A stretch of DNA of 29,018 nt. Source: a virus (taxonomy: Duplodnaviria; Caudoviricetes). This document shows, in pieces, positions 10,301-18,229 of this stretch (positions within the stretch are counted from its first letter, which is position 1; the number at the start of each line of letters is the position of its first letter). The notes beneath the pieces were generated by a model, which saw only the letters and a program-made list of their open reading frames with translations, searched no databases and was not told the DNA's origin. A program made the translations under genes and the position numbers. The DNA is taken from IMG/VR virus record IMGVR_UViG_3300037069_001175, positions 1 through 29,018 of that record. One strand, given 5' to 3'.

Positions 10301-12362
10301 CCTGCGTTTTAAGCTGGTTAGCTTCACGGGTATTTTGCTCGGCAACTTTCTGGTAGTCAGAGATTTGCTTGAGCTCATCGGGGGTAGCTTGTCCCTGCTC
10401 GGCTCGCTGCATAATTTCGTCGATTGACCCCTTGGCACCGGCAGCAGCGTCTTGCTTCTGCTCGATCTCGGTTAAGAACTTCGTTAGGGTAGAACGAGCG
10501 TTTAGCTCCTCCTCGTCGCTCAGTGGGTCGAGACCAGCCGAGGCGCGGGTTTTATTGATGTCTTTAACAATGTATTCAAGCTGGGCCTCTTTTGGCAGGC
10601 TGTCAAGCATAGAGCCGGTGTAGTTGAGTGAGCGACCTGAACCAGAGACATGCTGTTCAACACTGTCTAAAATCTTTGGAATAAGGGCCTTAGCCTCCTC
10701 GTCACCATTAGCGGCCATCTTGCCTAAGCGAGTAACGATAGAGTAAGCCTTGGCAATGTCACCAGCGCCATTAACGGTCATACCGCCTTGGACGGAAGCT
10801 TTTAGCTCGTCATCGGACATGCTCTGCGTGTAGCGGTTGGCAGCTTCGTTTAGCTGATCGTTGCTGAGAACGTCATGCTCTTTCGCGCTACCGATCTCTT
10901 TGGAGGTTTGCTTATCAACCTCACCGCCAATGCTTTCGAGGTCTTTTTGAGCCTGTGCGCGAATATTTGGAGCGTTGGGAGCGGTTGGATTACCTGATGG
11001 GTTGGTTGGCTGTGCTGGCTGTTCGTTAGGCGTTTGTGTTTCATTTTGAGGTGTTGCTGGTGCGGTTTCCTGTGGGTTTCCAGTAGCAGGCTGTATATCT
11101 GCTGGTGCAGGGCCTTGAGATTGTGGGTTACTATTGGCAGGTTGAACTTGCTCACCTGAAGCGGCGGGTTGTGGATTAGTACCAAGCTGCTCTGCCTCTT
11201 TCTGCTGGATAGCTGCTAGTGCGTCAGCGCCCTGAGTTGGGTTCACTGATTTAATGCCTGGCTCGATCTCGTCAGGCTGTTGTACCCCATTGGCTACTTT
11301 AGCGTCGGTTGCTGTATTCATGCTGCCGTCAGTAACGTCGCTAGGTCCGCCCTTAAACATGTCAACAATTCCTGGTATGGCTTTACGGAGAAGTTGTGAG
11401 GCGCCGCTAACAGCGTTACCGATAATTGGACCGGCAACTGCACCCGTCCCAGCACCCGTAGCGATACCCTGACCGATATTAGTGCCGTCCTCAAGGGCTT
11501 GGCCGCCGCCCATTGTACCGCCAACTGTTGCACCAGTGACGGCTTTTGGCAAGATATTTGCGATAATTTTACCACCTACATTAGCAGCTTCAGGAAGCAC
11601 TTTCGCGGCCGCACCCTCAGCCAACCCATCAATACCGCCTGTTCCAACCAGCGCGGTGTTCTGAAGAAAATTACCACCAAATTCTGCGGCAGTCTTACCA
11701 ATATCCGGGTTCTTAGCTTCGTCAGCACTGGTAATCGTACCCATATTTAATAGGCCGCCAGAGTTCTTGTTGTAGGCGTCATTGCCAGATTTTTCCATTG
11801 CGAAGTCGTTATTGATCGTATTTTGGTCGGCGTGTGTGAGTAGATCGTACTCAGTCTTACCGGTGATGCCGACGTTGGCAAGTTCGCTACCAGCTTGGTT
11901 CAAAAACTGAACTGGGGCCTTAACGAGAGATTTACCGAAATCTAGTAGTGGATTACTGCCATTATCAGGCTGTGATGGTGTAGGCGAAGCGCCCACAACT
12001 TTTAACGGTGCTGAGTTCTGATTAGTATTTGCACTAGGGCTGCTCGCAACGGTAAGAGCTGGAGTATGGGTCGGACCTTGGTATAAGTTCAATGACGGGG
12101 CCTGCGGCTGCTGTGGCTGTTGAGGTTGTTGAGGTTGTTGGTTTTGTTGAGGTTTTTGGAGGAAGAATGGATTTAGGTTTGAATTTTGGTTTTGGTTGAC
12201 ATTAAAACTCGGTCCAGCCGTAGGTCCCGTCGAATTTTGATTGATAGTAATTGGCCCCGGATTGTTGTGGGGTTGATTATTATTCTGGTTTTGGTTATTA
12301 CCTCCCCCGAAAAAACCCCCTATGGAGTGGAAGATATTACCAAGAAAACCGCCAAGGTCCAT
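7353..12362 (-). CDS. Large internal virion (ejection) protein with C-terminal lytic transglycosylase (SLT-like) domain
   Basis: 1669 aa; Gly/Ala-rich hydrophobic segments; C-terminal YIQTIKEAGAKYGVDINALLSVAAQEG..SFGPFQMH matches the SLT catalytic Glu helix and G-x-x-Q motif. Confidence 0.75.
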   Translation of the reverse strand: MDLGGFLGNIFHSIGGFFGGGNNQNQNNNQPHNNPGPITINQNSTGPTAGPSFNVNQNQNSNLNPFFLQKPQQNQQPQQPQQPQQPQAPSLNLYQGPTHTPALTVASSPSANTNQNSAPLKVVGASPTPSQPDNGSNPLLDFGKSLVKAPVQFLNQAGSELANVGITGKTEYDLLTHADQNTINNDFAMEKSGNDAYNKNSGGLLNMGTITSADEAKNPDIGKTAAEFGGNFLQNTALVGTGGIDGLAEGAAAKVLPEAANVGGKIIANILPKAVTGATVGGTMGGGQALEDGTNIGQGIATGAGTGAVAGPIIGNAVSGASQLLRKAIPGIVDMFKGGPSDVTDGSMNTATDAKVANGVQQPDEIEPGIKSVNPTQGADALAAIQQKEAEQLGTNPQPAASGEQVQPANSNPQSQGPAPADIQPATGNPQETAPATPQNETQTPNEQPAQPTNPSGNPTAPNAPNIRAQAQKDLESIGGEVDKQTSKEIGSAKEHDVLSNDQLNEAANRYTQSMSDDELKASVQGGMTVNGAGDIAKAYSIVTRLGKMAANGDEEAKALIPKILDSVEQHVSGSGRSLNYTGSMLDSLPKEAQLEYIVKDINKTRASAGLDPLSDEEELNARSTLTKFLTEIEQKQDAAAGAKGSIDEIMQRAEQGQATPDELKQISDYQKVAEQNTREANQLKTQVGKTYSELAPQKGDFAKTAGDYARSSMLTKVTGRLSDIATTGINALHSLTQSGIEAGMGKLLNKATGNAGQFVDTMPSVKAMAQGTGQGARDLAENYKGNTETPDLYSAIRQKGLGGKAQLGSANAGNGVTRFVRNLGHSMAETATNLSEGVGSAKIQQLATQEGQQMGLQGDDLKIWAAGRAANPTPAMQRAGSGLVDEINNMNDNKLTDFMSRASKAFTGSKFGQAVENNKLGKLGEFAGEQVRNIVAPFTRWAAGAAWNGATDKNAVANLVKIAGQISFKDGAPTIKDPQELVHQIAGLATNTAGAMSAGYALASNGMLTTTNAEGYNDEGMYLHVGSHYIPIGFLGFFAPGIVMGAATHQAMTDKSSNKSVVQKIADAAGSTFNTLAHSYLTNTMLGGNNEFVKQVQEFLQNKNGITGPDVAATAATDVAGSYIPGAASDANTAINQFNIGGLNPNHETAITKVTKGELGVTDKSGAPSTAKDIPHSDFNSLLNKIPVVGQTMLQRNPGVAANDLLSNITRGDNESPTQAKDNNAIMQLPVKDQSTVRNALLKTDGEAQIHANNAAAAMPANSPAKVKAQDVASKMAFTNGQGAPLDTAIKNAQQSDQAAQFKANGGPNGSPMQTIGDKTYATINGKTQTFANAHDAQRAMDFQKFKDSGQSSATINGVVYQKGSDGKFSTPMEQKDFDYKNATDAIKDASNNKDLNGTLAAQSKLLDNVQWQLSHADLTDANRGSLIDTAAKTQADFNKYSLWGGFTKPKGAPSYDPKFNGTNPKSSAYIQTIKEAGAKYGVDINALLSVAAQEGLGGGVGDNGTSFGPFQMHVGGALPPGKDQAWAESPEGIDYAVQQIANVAKGKVGPEAIKAIVTQFEKSANQPAEIANAQAVYDGGTANLNSTSGIGSTVDSTTSGSGSASAKSQAALVKQNTIGSLPQMARQSFIENGMVNKPISPNIPQIKLTDPQTLIKAHKITVGMPKA
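12105..12160 (-). repeat. Coding QQP tandem repeat
   Basis: Degenerate 9-nt units such as GAGGTTGTT encode QQPQQPQQPQQPQ. Confidence 0.7.
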
Positions 12363-12364
12363 TG

Positions 12365-13483
12365 TTAGGCCCCCGTCTTCTTATTCAGAGCCACAAGGCC
12401 CGGAAGACTAAAGGTACTACCAGCAACACTTGAACCTGGTGTAGTCTGAACAACTGTATTGTTCGCTTTGCCAACGTACTGGCTAAGGGTAGGCGCTGCG
12501 TAAGCACCACCAGAGTACCCCATATTGATCGTTGGCACGTTAGTGGCGGCGATACTTGGGAACAAGTCGGCCGCTTGCTGGGCATAGGTTTTAGCCTGAG
12601 CAGTCTTGCCCTCGGCTTGGTAGTCGTTCGCAAGGTTCGTGAGGTAGGCTTGACGAGACTTAGCGGCGTCATTTTTGACCTGCTCCTCGTTATTGTCTTT
12701 AGCGGTTTCAGCCTGAGACTGTAGTCGCTCCTCTTGCTTCTTGTAGCCGTTATAGCCAGTATCGAGTGTGTTCTGGTTAGTAGCGAAGTTGTTAGAAGCG
12801 GTTGTCAGGTCCTCATTGGCGCCCTGCTGGACAGCTCGGTTAGCTAGATCGACGCCAGTACCGTTCAACGCACCAAGACTAGCTAGCGTGCCAAAAAGAC
12901 CTTGACGGCCCTGCACACCACGCTCAAGGGCGGTTTGCTTGTTAGTCTCTAGGTCTTTGTTGTTATCAGTGCTTTCGTTGGTATACTGGCCGTTTGCGGT
13001 AGTTAGATCGTCGGCGTATTGGCCGTTGATCTTATTCCATGCGTCCTCGATCGTTTTAATCCCAGCGTTCTGGGTCGCATCAACTTGGCCGAGGCCAGCA
13101 TTTTGAAGTGTAATATCATTACTTTTGTCTGGATAGAGAGGTGCTGAAGCAACACCACCGCTGCCGCCACCACTGACCATAGTGTTGGTGCCGTAGCCGT
13201 TGTTATTCGTATTGTTCGTCTGAGCGCCAGGGCTATCTGGCGTATGGTTAAAACCGCGGCTACTCCAGTAGTTGACTGTATTTGGGTCCCAAGCTCCGGC
13301 TGCGTTGATACCCTTTGAACCTTGGACGTAGACGTTTCCATCGGCGCCTTTCCAAAAAGACCCGTTATTACCAGGGGCAACAGTTGTGTTCAGGTTGGCG
13401 CCATTAACAGTGGACTGTGGACTACCACCGCCTTGCAAGACGCCGCCACCACCCTGTAGGTTGACAAGACCTCCCTGGAACAT
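12365..13483 (-). CDS. Putative internal virion / ejection protein
   Basis: 372 aa; Gly/Asn-rich N-terminus, long Q/N/A coiled coil and hydrophobic LFGTLASLGALNG segment; directly upstream of the large ejection protein. Confidence 0.55.
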   Translation of the reverse strand: MFQGGLVNLQGGGGVLQGGGSPQSTVNGANLNTTVAPGNNGSFWKGADGNVYVQGSKGINAAGAWDPNTVNYWSSRGFNHTPDSPGAQTNNTNNNGYGTNTMVSGGGSGGVASAPLYPDKSNDITLQNAGLGQVDATQNAGIKTIEDAWNKINGQYADDLTTANGQYTNESTDNNKDLETNKQTALERGVQGRQGLFGTLASLGALNGTGVDLANRAVQQGANEDLTTASNNFATNQNTLDTGYNGYKKQEERLQSQAETAKDNNEEQVKNDAAKSRQAYLTNLANDYQAEGKTAQAKTYAQQAADLFPSIAATNVPTINMGYSGGAYAAPTLSQYVGKANNTVVQTTPGSSVAGSTFSLPGLVALNKKTGA

Positions 13484-13489
13484 TATGGC

Positions 13490-13675
13490 CTACTCCTGTG
13501 CTTCGTCAGCGCCACCGTCAATAGCATCTTCAGCGTCAGGTGCAGCCGCCGAAGTAGTATTAACAGGAGCTTTTTTTGGTGCAGGTGCTTTCGCGCCACC
13601 TTTTTTGAGCATGTTAGCAACTGCCATTGCAGCTTTTGCGCTAACGGGTTTCTTTGTGTTTTGCTGTGCAGCCAT
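13490..13675 (-). CDS. Small protein with a basic N-terminal half and an acidic tail; first gene of the virion operon
   Basis: 61-aa ORF; SD-like GAGGGA about 8 nt upstream. Confidence 0.6.
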   Translation of the reverse strand: MAAQQNTKKPVSAKAAMAVANMLKKGGAKAPAPKKAPVNTTSAAAPDAEDAIDGGADEAQE

Positions 13676-13681
13676 TGAAGT

Positions 13682-13754
13682 GTTCCCTCTCTCATTGTCG
13701 GCCCCTATTTTCGGGGGTGTGTGCCTGCTTCACATCTCCGACTTTTCAAGGAAC
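13682..13754 (-). ncRNA. Candidate structured 5' leader RNA that sequesters the SD
   Basis: Nested pairings GTTCCTT/AGGGAAC, GTCGG/CCGAC, TGTG/CACA and CCCC/GGGG form a three-way junction. Confidence 0.45.
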
Positions 13755-13772
13755 CGTTAGGTTTATACCCTA

Positions 13773-13801
13773 ATAATATGCTAAAAGAAATTACTTAACA
13801 A
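13773..13801 (-). promoter_or_regulatory. Putative promoter for the virion operon
   Basis: TTGTTA-N17-TATTAT on the minus strand, upstream of the structured leader. Confidence 0.5.
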
Positions 13802-14068
13802 GTGCGATTTTACAGACGGCCAATTTTCAGGATAAGCCGTATAGACGAAGCGGTTATGTCGCCCTAAGAATTCGAGGGTTTCTTTCTGTCCGGGACGGTA
13901 CGGTGCGCTTTCGCTAGCCTTAAACTCTATGATAGCCCATTTATCTCGGTAGAGTATGGTGCGGTCGGGACATGCCGTTGGGACACCCGGCCCTGCCCGA
14001 TTTTTGATAACATACGCCCCTTGGTCTTTAAGCCACTTAACAGCTTCGCGTTCCAGTTTCTTTTCCAT
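13781..14068 (-). CDS. VRR-NUC family nuclease (Holliday junction resolvase-like)
   Basis: E..LE...VKWLK..G..PD...IEFK..RPGQ, the PD-(D/E)xK pattern of stand-alone phage VRR-NUC proteins. Confidence 0.85.
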   Translation of the reverse strand: MEKKLEREAVKWLKDQGAYVIKNRAGPGVPTACPDRTILYRDKWAIIEFKASESAPYRPGQKETLEFLGRHNRFVYTAYPENWPSVKSHLLSNFF

Positions 14069-14178
14069 ATCTTAATGCCCGCCCGTAATGTCAATAATCC
14101 AACTATGCCGCAGCTGATAGCGAATATCTGCGGGGAATACCAAATAAAGTTGCCCATAATTATGCTTAATAAATACAT
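13927..14178 (-). CDS. Possible small membrane protein
   Basis: Hydrophobic first ~35 aa fill the 14069-14183 gap, but the ORF overlaps VRR-NUC by 142 nt. Confidence 0.3.
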   Translation of the reverse strand: MYLLSIIMGNFIWYSPQIFAISCGIVGLLTLRAGIKIWKRNWNAKLLSGLKTKGRMLSKIGQGRVSQRHVPTAPYSTEINGLS

Positions 14179-14183
14179 ACCTG

Positions 14184-14942
14184 CTACCCATTTTTGTTAG
14201 TTAATTTCTGCGCCCATACGTCTTGAGCCTTAGTAGCTTCAATGATAGGAACGCCCTCTGCACCTAAGTAGGCCCCATCGGGCGCGCTAAGTGAATAATC
14301 AGTAATGAAAATATCCTCACCAAGTATTTGTATGGTTTCAACGAGTTTTCCGTCAACCTGATCGAACACTTCACTTAACGCGTCGATGTTGCGCTCTTGT
14401 GCCAATTTAAGCAGGTGAGCCGCCACAACGGACTTCACCATCGGCTTCTCTATCGGTTCGGGACATTGATTGAGAAGCCATTGCTGTGTAGCGGTCGCGT
14501 AGGCAATAATCGCTTCCGGTACTTGGCGGGGGGCATCGGCCATTTTTCCGAGGGTCTGACGCAAGCTGAGGGTTGCTAGCTCAGGCTCCGGTTCTGGTTC
14601 CGATTGGGCCACCTCACCTCCTACTTTAACAATATCGCCCGCTTCTAACTGTGAAATATCTGGCATTATTGGATTATCGGCTTGCGGAAGTACCGCTCTT
14701 GGAAAACGGTAAAAAACTTTAGGCATCTCAATCCGCACTGGGGTCTTGAGTTTGCCGTCGATACGGTTAAGCGCAAGTTTAATGGCCTCCATCTTCTCCA
14801 TGACGCAGGCGCGGACCAGCGCAAAGATCACCGCCTCATTGGTGGTGTACTTGGGGTCCTTTTCGGCTAGGCAAAATTCTTCCCAGTTCCAGTTGGATAT
14901 TTCCCGAAGAAAATTACCTAGTTTGCCCTGTTCACTATTCAC
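14184..14942 (-). CDS. Terminase small subunit-like protein with a duplicated helical domain
   Basis: Two copies of a TerS-type motif: EAVIFALVRAC..EAIKLALNRIDGKL and SVVAAHLLKLA..DALSEVFDQVDGKL; GTG start with AAAGGA. Confidence 0.5.
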   Translation of the reverse strand: MNSEQGKLGNFLREISNWNWEEFCLAEKDPKYTTNEAVIFALVRACVMEKMEAIKLALNRIDGKLKTPVRIEMPKVFYRFPRAVLPQADNPIMPDISQLEAGDIVKVGGEVAQSEPEPEPELATLSLRQTLGKMADAPRQVPEAIIAYATATQQWLLNQCPEPIEKPMVKSVVAAHLLKLAQERNIDALSEVFDQVDGKLVETIQILGEDIFITDYSLSAPDGAYLGAEGVPIIEATKAQDVWAQKLTNKNG

Positions 14943-14951
14943 GTAATCCTT

Positions 14952-15146
14952 TCAAGCGGCGTTATATTCATCGGTCTCAGTTGCCTGGTCTGAGTATTCA
15001 ATTTCTTCACGTAGGGCAGCGAGTGCTAGTTCGCGGGTGATCTCGCCCCGTTCCTCCATCTTCATGTAATCCTCGAAGCGTTTACTGCGGTAGCGCTTCA
15101 CATCTTCCTCGATCTTGCGAGGTGATCTCCAGTCAGGCTGCTCCAT
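14952..15146 (-). CDS. Hypothetical protein, 64 aa
   Basis: Tightly packed in the operon; GGAGG upstream. Confidence 0.6.
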   Translation of the reverse strand: MEQPDWRSPRKIEEDVKRYRSKRFEDYMKMEERGEITRELALAALREEIEYSDQATETDEYNAA

Positions 15147-15318
15147 CAGGTTCGTCCTCCGGTGAGGGAAAGGCGATCACCTGTCCGGGTTCGCTGTACT
15201 CCTGATTAAAGACGGCAACCCCACCGAGGCGACGTGCCCGTTTTAATTCCGCGCGCCACTTAGCCTGGCGGTACTCGTCCATGTAGACGACGTTCGTAGT
15301 GTCTGGTATAAGTTCCAT
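15133..15318 (-). CDS. Hypothetical protein, 61 aa
   Basis: Tightly packed in the operon. Confidence 0.6.
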   Translation of the reverse strand: MELIPDTTNVVYMDEYRQAKWRAELKRARRLGGVAVFNQEYSEPGQVIAFPSPEDEPDGAA

Positions 15319-15322
15319 ACCA

Positions 15323-15604
15323 TTACCAATCGCTTCCCTGTTGTACGGGGTTATTGTCGATCATTGACTTGATCTCACTCTCGACGGTGACGGTCACGGT
15401 GTCAACCAGCTTATATAAGCGAAGCACTACGGTCTCGGTCCCCCGACTAGAGATGATCTTGCTCTCCTCCAGTTTATACCCCTCACGAGCCGCGTAGCTC
15501 TGCAAGTCGTTACGCTGCCATAATTCCTGCTCCCCTTTAGCGCGAGCCTCAGCGCGAGCCATACGGACGTTATTCAATAGTCTTCCGAATAGAGTGTTAG
15601 CCAT
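15323..15604 (-). CDS. Hypothetical protein, 93 aa
   Basis: SD AAAGGA; tightly packed in the operon. Confidence 0.65.
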   Translation of the reverse strand: MANTLFGRLLNNVRMARAEARAKGEQELWQRNDLQSYAAREGYKLEESKIISSRGTETVVLRLYKLVDTVTVTVESEIKSMIDNNPVQQGSDW

Positions 15605-15860
15605 TCCTTTTCGTTCCCTCTTTATGAATTTTAATGATCTGCCAATGCTTCACGCCACCTTGCGGTACCTTGGGGTGATGCTTCACACAGAGCCGGTAGT
15701 GATGAAAGGGGTATCTACCTCGCCTGAGACACTTCTCTACGTGACACCGGCTGTGAAAATACCACAGCGTCACGGCTGGGACGTAGCCAATCAGGAACAC
15801 TGGCAAGTCATTGCCGATGCCTGACCAAAAGGCGTAGCCGTTACCGTGTAGTGGGTCCAT
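15597..15860 (-). CDS. Membrane-anchored Cys/His (putative Zn-binding) protein, paralog 2
   Basis: YAFWSGIG-TM-FHSRCHVEKCLRRG..CVKHHP; likely start MDPLHG at 15860. Confidence 0.65.
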   Translation of the reverse strand: MDPLHGNGYAFWSGIGNDLPVFLIGYVPAVTLWYFHSRCHVEKCLRRGRYPFHHYRLCVKHHPKVPQGGVKHWQIIKIHKEGTKRNG

Positions 15861-16095
15861 GTGGGTTGTGCCTCTTACAGTAAACGACACCATTGGTGTT
15901 TGGGTGGCCGAGACGCGGACAAAGCGGGACGTGGCAGTTCTTGTGGAAATATAACGCTAAAATACCACCAAAGACGCTCATCTGCGTAGCAATTCCTGAC
16001 CAAAAATCATAGAAATATGATTGCTGGGTGTCGATGCCCGTCATGTGCAGAAAAATGTACTGGAGTATGTGTGTTAATGTATTCATGCTTACCAT
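15841..16095 (-). CDS. Membrane-anchored Cys/His (putative Zn-binding) protein, paralog 1
   Basis: YDFWSGIA-TM-FHKNCHVPLCPRLG..CKRHNP. Confidence 0.65.
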   Translation of the reverse strand: MVSMNTLTHILQYIFLHMTGIDTQQSYFYDFWSGIATQMSVFGGILALYFHKNCHVPLCPRLGHPNTNGVVYCKRHNPHGPTTR

Positions 16096-17618
16096 TTACC
16101 ATCAAGTATAGTAGTTTGTCTAGTCTGTTTTTTCGCTGGCTCTATATCGACCGGTTTAGGTGCGAAGCCATAGGTGGTAAATAACCCCGGAGTGCCTAGC
16201 CCCATGAGCTCCAGTGGCGCATCGGCGTCGATCGTGTTGAGCCGGTAAATGCGGGTCATCTTCGTCCCATTGCGTTTCGGGACAGCCTCGAAACCAACCG
16301 AAGTCATAGCCTTGCGTAAGTTCTGTATGCCGAGTGGTGGGTAGCCGTTATCGGCACACCAGTTCTCGTAGTGCTGCCGGATTGGGAGGTAGCTGTCAAA
16401 GGCTACGCAGCCCTGCTCAATCAGGTGACGAGCATACTCCTCAGCGTTAGATGCCTCCCGGTCGTACTCCTCTTTAGCCCCGGTGGTGGCCGCGCTCCAC
16501 TTATAGCGAAGCCCCTGCTTCTTCAATTTGTTGGCGTACCACCCCATCTCACGCGCCAGCGTCCCAAAAAATTCTGGGGTAAATGTCTTGTACTCAAAGT
16601 CGGGGTCAGAGGCGAACTGCTCGTTAAACGGAATAATGAATGTTCGACGGCGAGCTGAGTACCCCTTGTCGTTAAAAGCTGGTATCTGGTTGGCGCTGAA
16701 AATCGAGTGAATATTGCCGTTAATGCTAATACTCTCCTGGGAGTGGAACTTGTGGGCCTCGAAGTTCTCGTGGGTACCGAGGCTCTTGTAAATCTCAGTA
16801 TCATCGACGCGGCCCTCGCTACTCTCCTTGACGACGTTGGCGAGCACCCCATTTAAGGTCGGGTTGTCACGGCCATCAACCAGGCGCTTCACGGTAATAC
16901 TAGCGAAGTGGCCGGGGAACATCTTATACAGCGCGTCCATCAGCGTAGACTTACCGTTGGCTCCGTTGCCAACCCACCACACCACGCCATCAGGTTTCTT
17001 GTCCATGATGATCGGCGCGATTGATTGCATAATGTCGTCATAAAGCCCAACGTCCTGACCAGCCAAATCCATGATAAACTTCAGCCGCGGTCGGTCCTCT
17101 GGCTCCTTGTCGCTAATAAAGAAAAACTCCTGCGGGGCCAGTAACGGCGAGTACGGGGAGCGCCACACGCAGTCGGTCGCCGATAGCTCCGGGCGCCAGC
17201 CCAGCTCTTTCATATCCCAGACCAGCGGTTGTGCCCAGCCTTTCGGTGTCGTCGTCGCCTCGTTAAATGGGTCGAAGCCCTCTGGTATCGCCACGTTCCC
17301 AAAGGCCACTAAGTGATCGTTATCACACATGTCCGGGGCACTAGCCTGCACAAATGAATACATGTCATTCACCTGACCGCGTGTCAGCCCACCCCATGTC
17401 TTATAGGCCATCACGTCGAATTGCTCCTTACGTAGCGGCACGTAATGCGGGTAATCCCCCTGCTGTAAAATCAGGCATCGACCCTTGAACCTGACAAAAT
17501 TCCACTCCTCCATGAGTTTCTGTGCTCGACGCGCAACTGCTGTCGCTGGCACTACCATTCCCGTCTCTGCATCGATCGGACCATTCAAGTCCAGCAAGCC
17601 CAATTCTTTTTCAGCCAT
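16089..17618 (-). CDS. D5-like SF3 replicative helicase with no recognisable primase domain
   Basis: Walker A GNGANGKST, Walker B NVVKES, motif C IFSAN, RRR..IIPF and a C-terminal wHTH-like region YENWCADNG..P. Confidence 0.9.
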   Translation of the reverse strand: MAEKELGLLDLNGPIDAETGMVVPATAVARRAQKLMEEWNFVRFKGRCLILQQGDYPHYVPLRKEQFDVMAYKTWGGLTRGQVNDMYSFVQASAPDMCDNDHLVAFGNVAIPEGFDPFNEATTTPKGWAQPLVWDMKELGWRPELSATDCVWRSPYSPLLAPQEFFFISDKEPEDRPRLKFIMDLAGQDVGLYDDIMQSIAPIIMDKKPDGVVWWVGNGANGKSTLMDALYKMFPGHFASITVKRLVDGRDNPTLNGVLANVVKESSEGRVDDTEIYKSLGTHENFEAHKFHSQESISINGNIHSIFSANQIPAFNDKGYSARRRTFIIPFNEQFASDPDFEYKTFTPEFFGTLAREMGWYANKLKKQGLRYKWSAATTGAKEEYDREASNAEEYARHLIEQGCVAFDSYLPIRQHYENWCADNGYPPLGIQNLRKAMTSVGFEAVPKRNGTKMTRIYRLNTIDADAPLELMGLGTPGLFTTYGFAPKPVDIEPAKKQTRQTTILDGKW

Positions 17619-17646
17619 TTGATGTTTACCCTCTATTTAGTGTCTG

Positions 17647-17904
17647 TTACTGTTTCGCCACAATTTTCGCTGGTTTCGGAGGCTCCACATCTGTATGTGT
17701 CAGCCACCAGGTTACGTCGCCGGGTAAGTCGCGGTTGCCGAGTTCCCACTGACAGATAGCTGTCGCGGTGACATCAAACCGTTTACCGAACTGAGCTTGT
17801 GTCTCGCGGAGTTCTGTACGTCGATCTCTTAATAATACCCCCCACTTCTGGTTATACGGGCTATTCTTTTTTTGCCTTGATTTTATTGCCTGTGTAATTT
17901 CCAT
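17647..17904 (-). CDS. Cro/CI-type (XRE) HTH regulator
   Basis: LRDRRTELRETQAQFGKRFDVTATAICQWELGNR..P. Confidence 0.85.
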   Translation of the reverse strand: MEITQAIKSRQKKNSPYNQKWGVLLRDRRTELRETQAQFGKRFDVTATAICQWELGNRDLPGDVTWWLTHTDVEPPKPAKIVAKQ

Positions 17905-17916
17905 AGTGCTTATTAC

Positions 17917-17925
17917 AATATAGCA
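17917..17925 (-). promoter_or_regulatory. Extended -10 promoter for the HTH gene (short leader)
   Basis: TGCTATATT 12 nt upstream of the ATG; no SD. Confidence 0.4.
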
Positions 17926-18065
17926 GTCCCGAATGTTTGTATAGTCCTAGATGTAGCGGGTGTGGATAGTTTTTTAACACTAGACTACTGTAGAGAATTG
18001 ACAAAAATTAGAAAGATTTTTTAATAAAATTAGGAAAAATGAGAAAAAAAGTTGGGGCTGATGGA

Positions 18066-18184
18066 GCGCCCAAAACCCGCCAAGTCGTCAACACTGCCCC
18101 CCCGCCGGTCAATACGGCTTGTGGTTGGCCGCGTGCTATATCTGGAGCGCGCCGGGGGGCTATCATTGACGCGGGCGCGGGCGT
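18066..18184. other. GC-rich nested palindromic element (ncRNA, ssDNA signal or packaging site)
   Basis: Nested stems GCGCCC/GGGCGT, CCCG/CGGG, CGTCAA/TTGACG and GCCCCCC/GGGGGGC close two apical hairpins, inside AT-rich flanks. Confidence 0.45.
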
Positions 18185-18229
18185 GTTGCGCGATCAATAA
18201 GCCGCTATAAGCCACGATCAAAAAAGCAT

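Noticed and set aside
571-17752. Many + strand ORFs of 60-165 aa in the leftward arm
   Set aside because: They are antisense shadows of tightly coupled minus-strand genes and show no recognisable motifs
18030-18221. 63-aa minus-strand ORF over the GC-rich element
   Set aside because: It has no SD and an Arg/Ser/Pro-rich junk composition; the region is better explained as structured non-coding sequence
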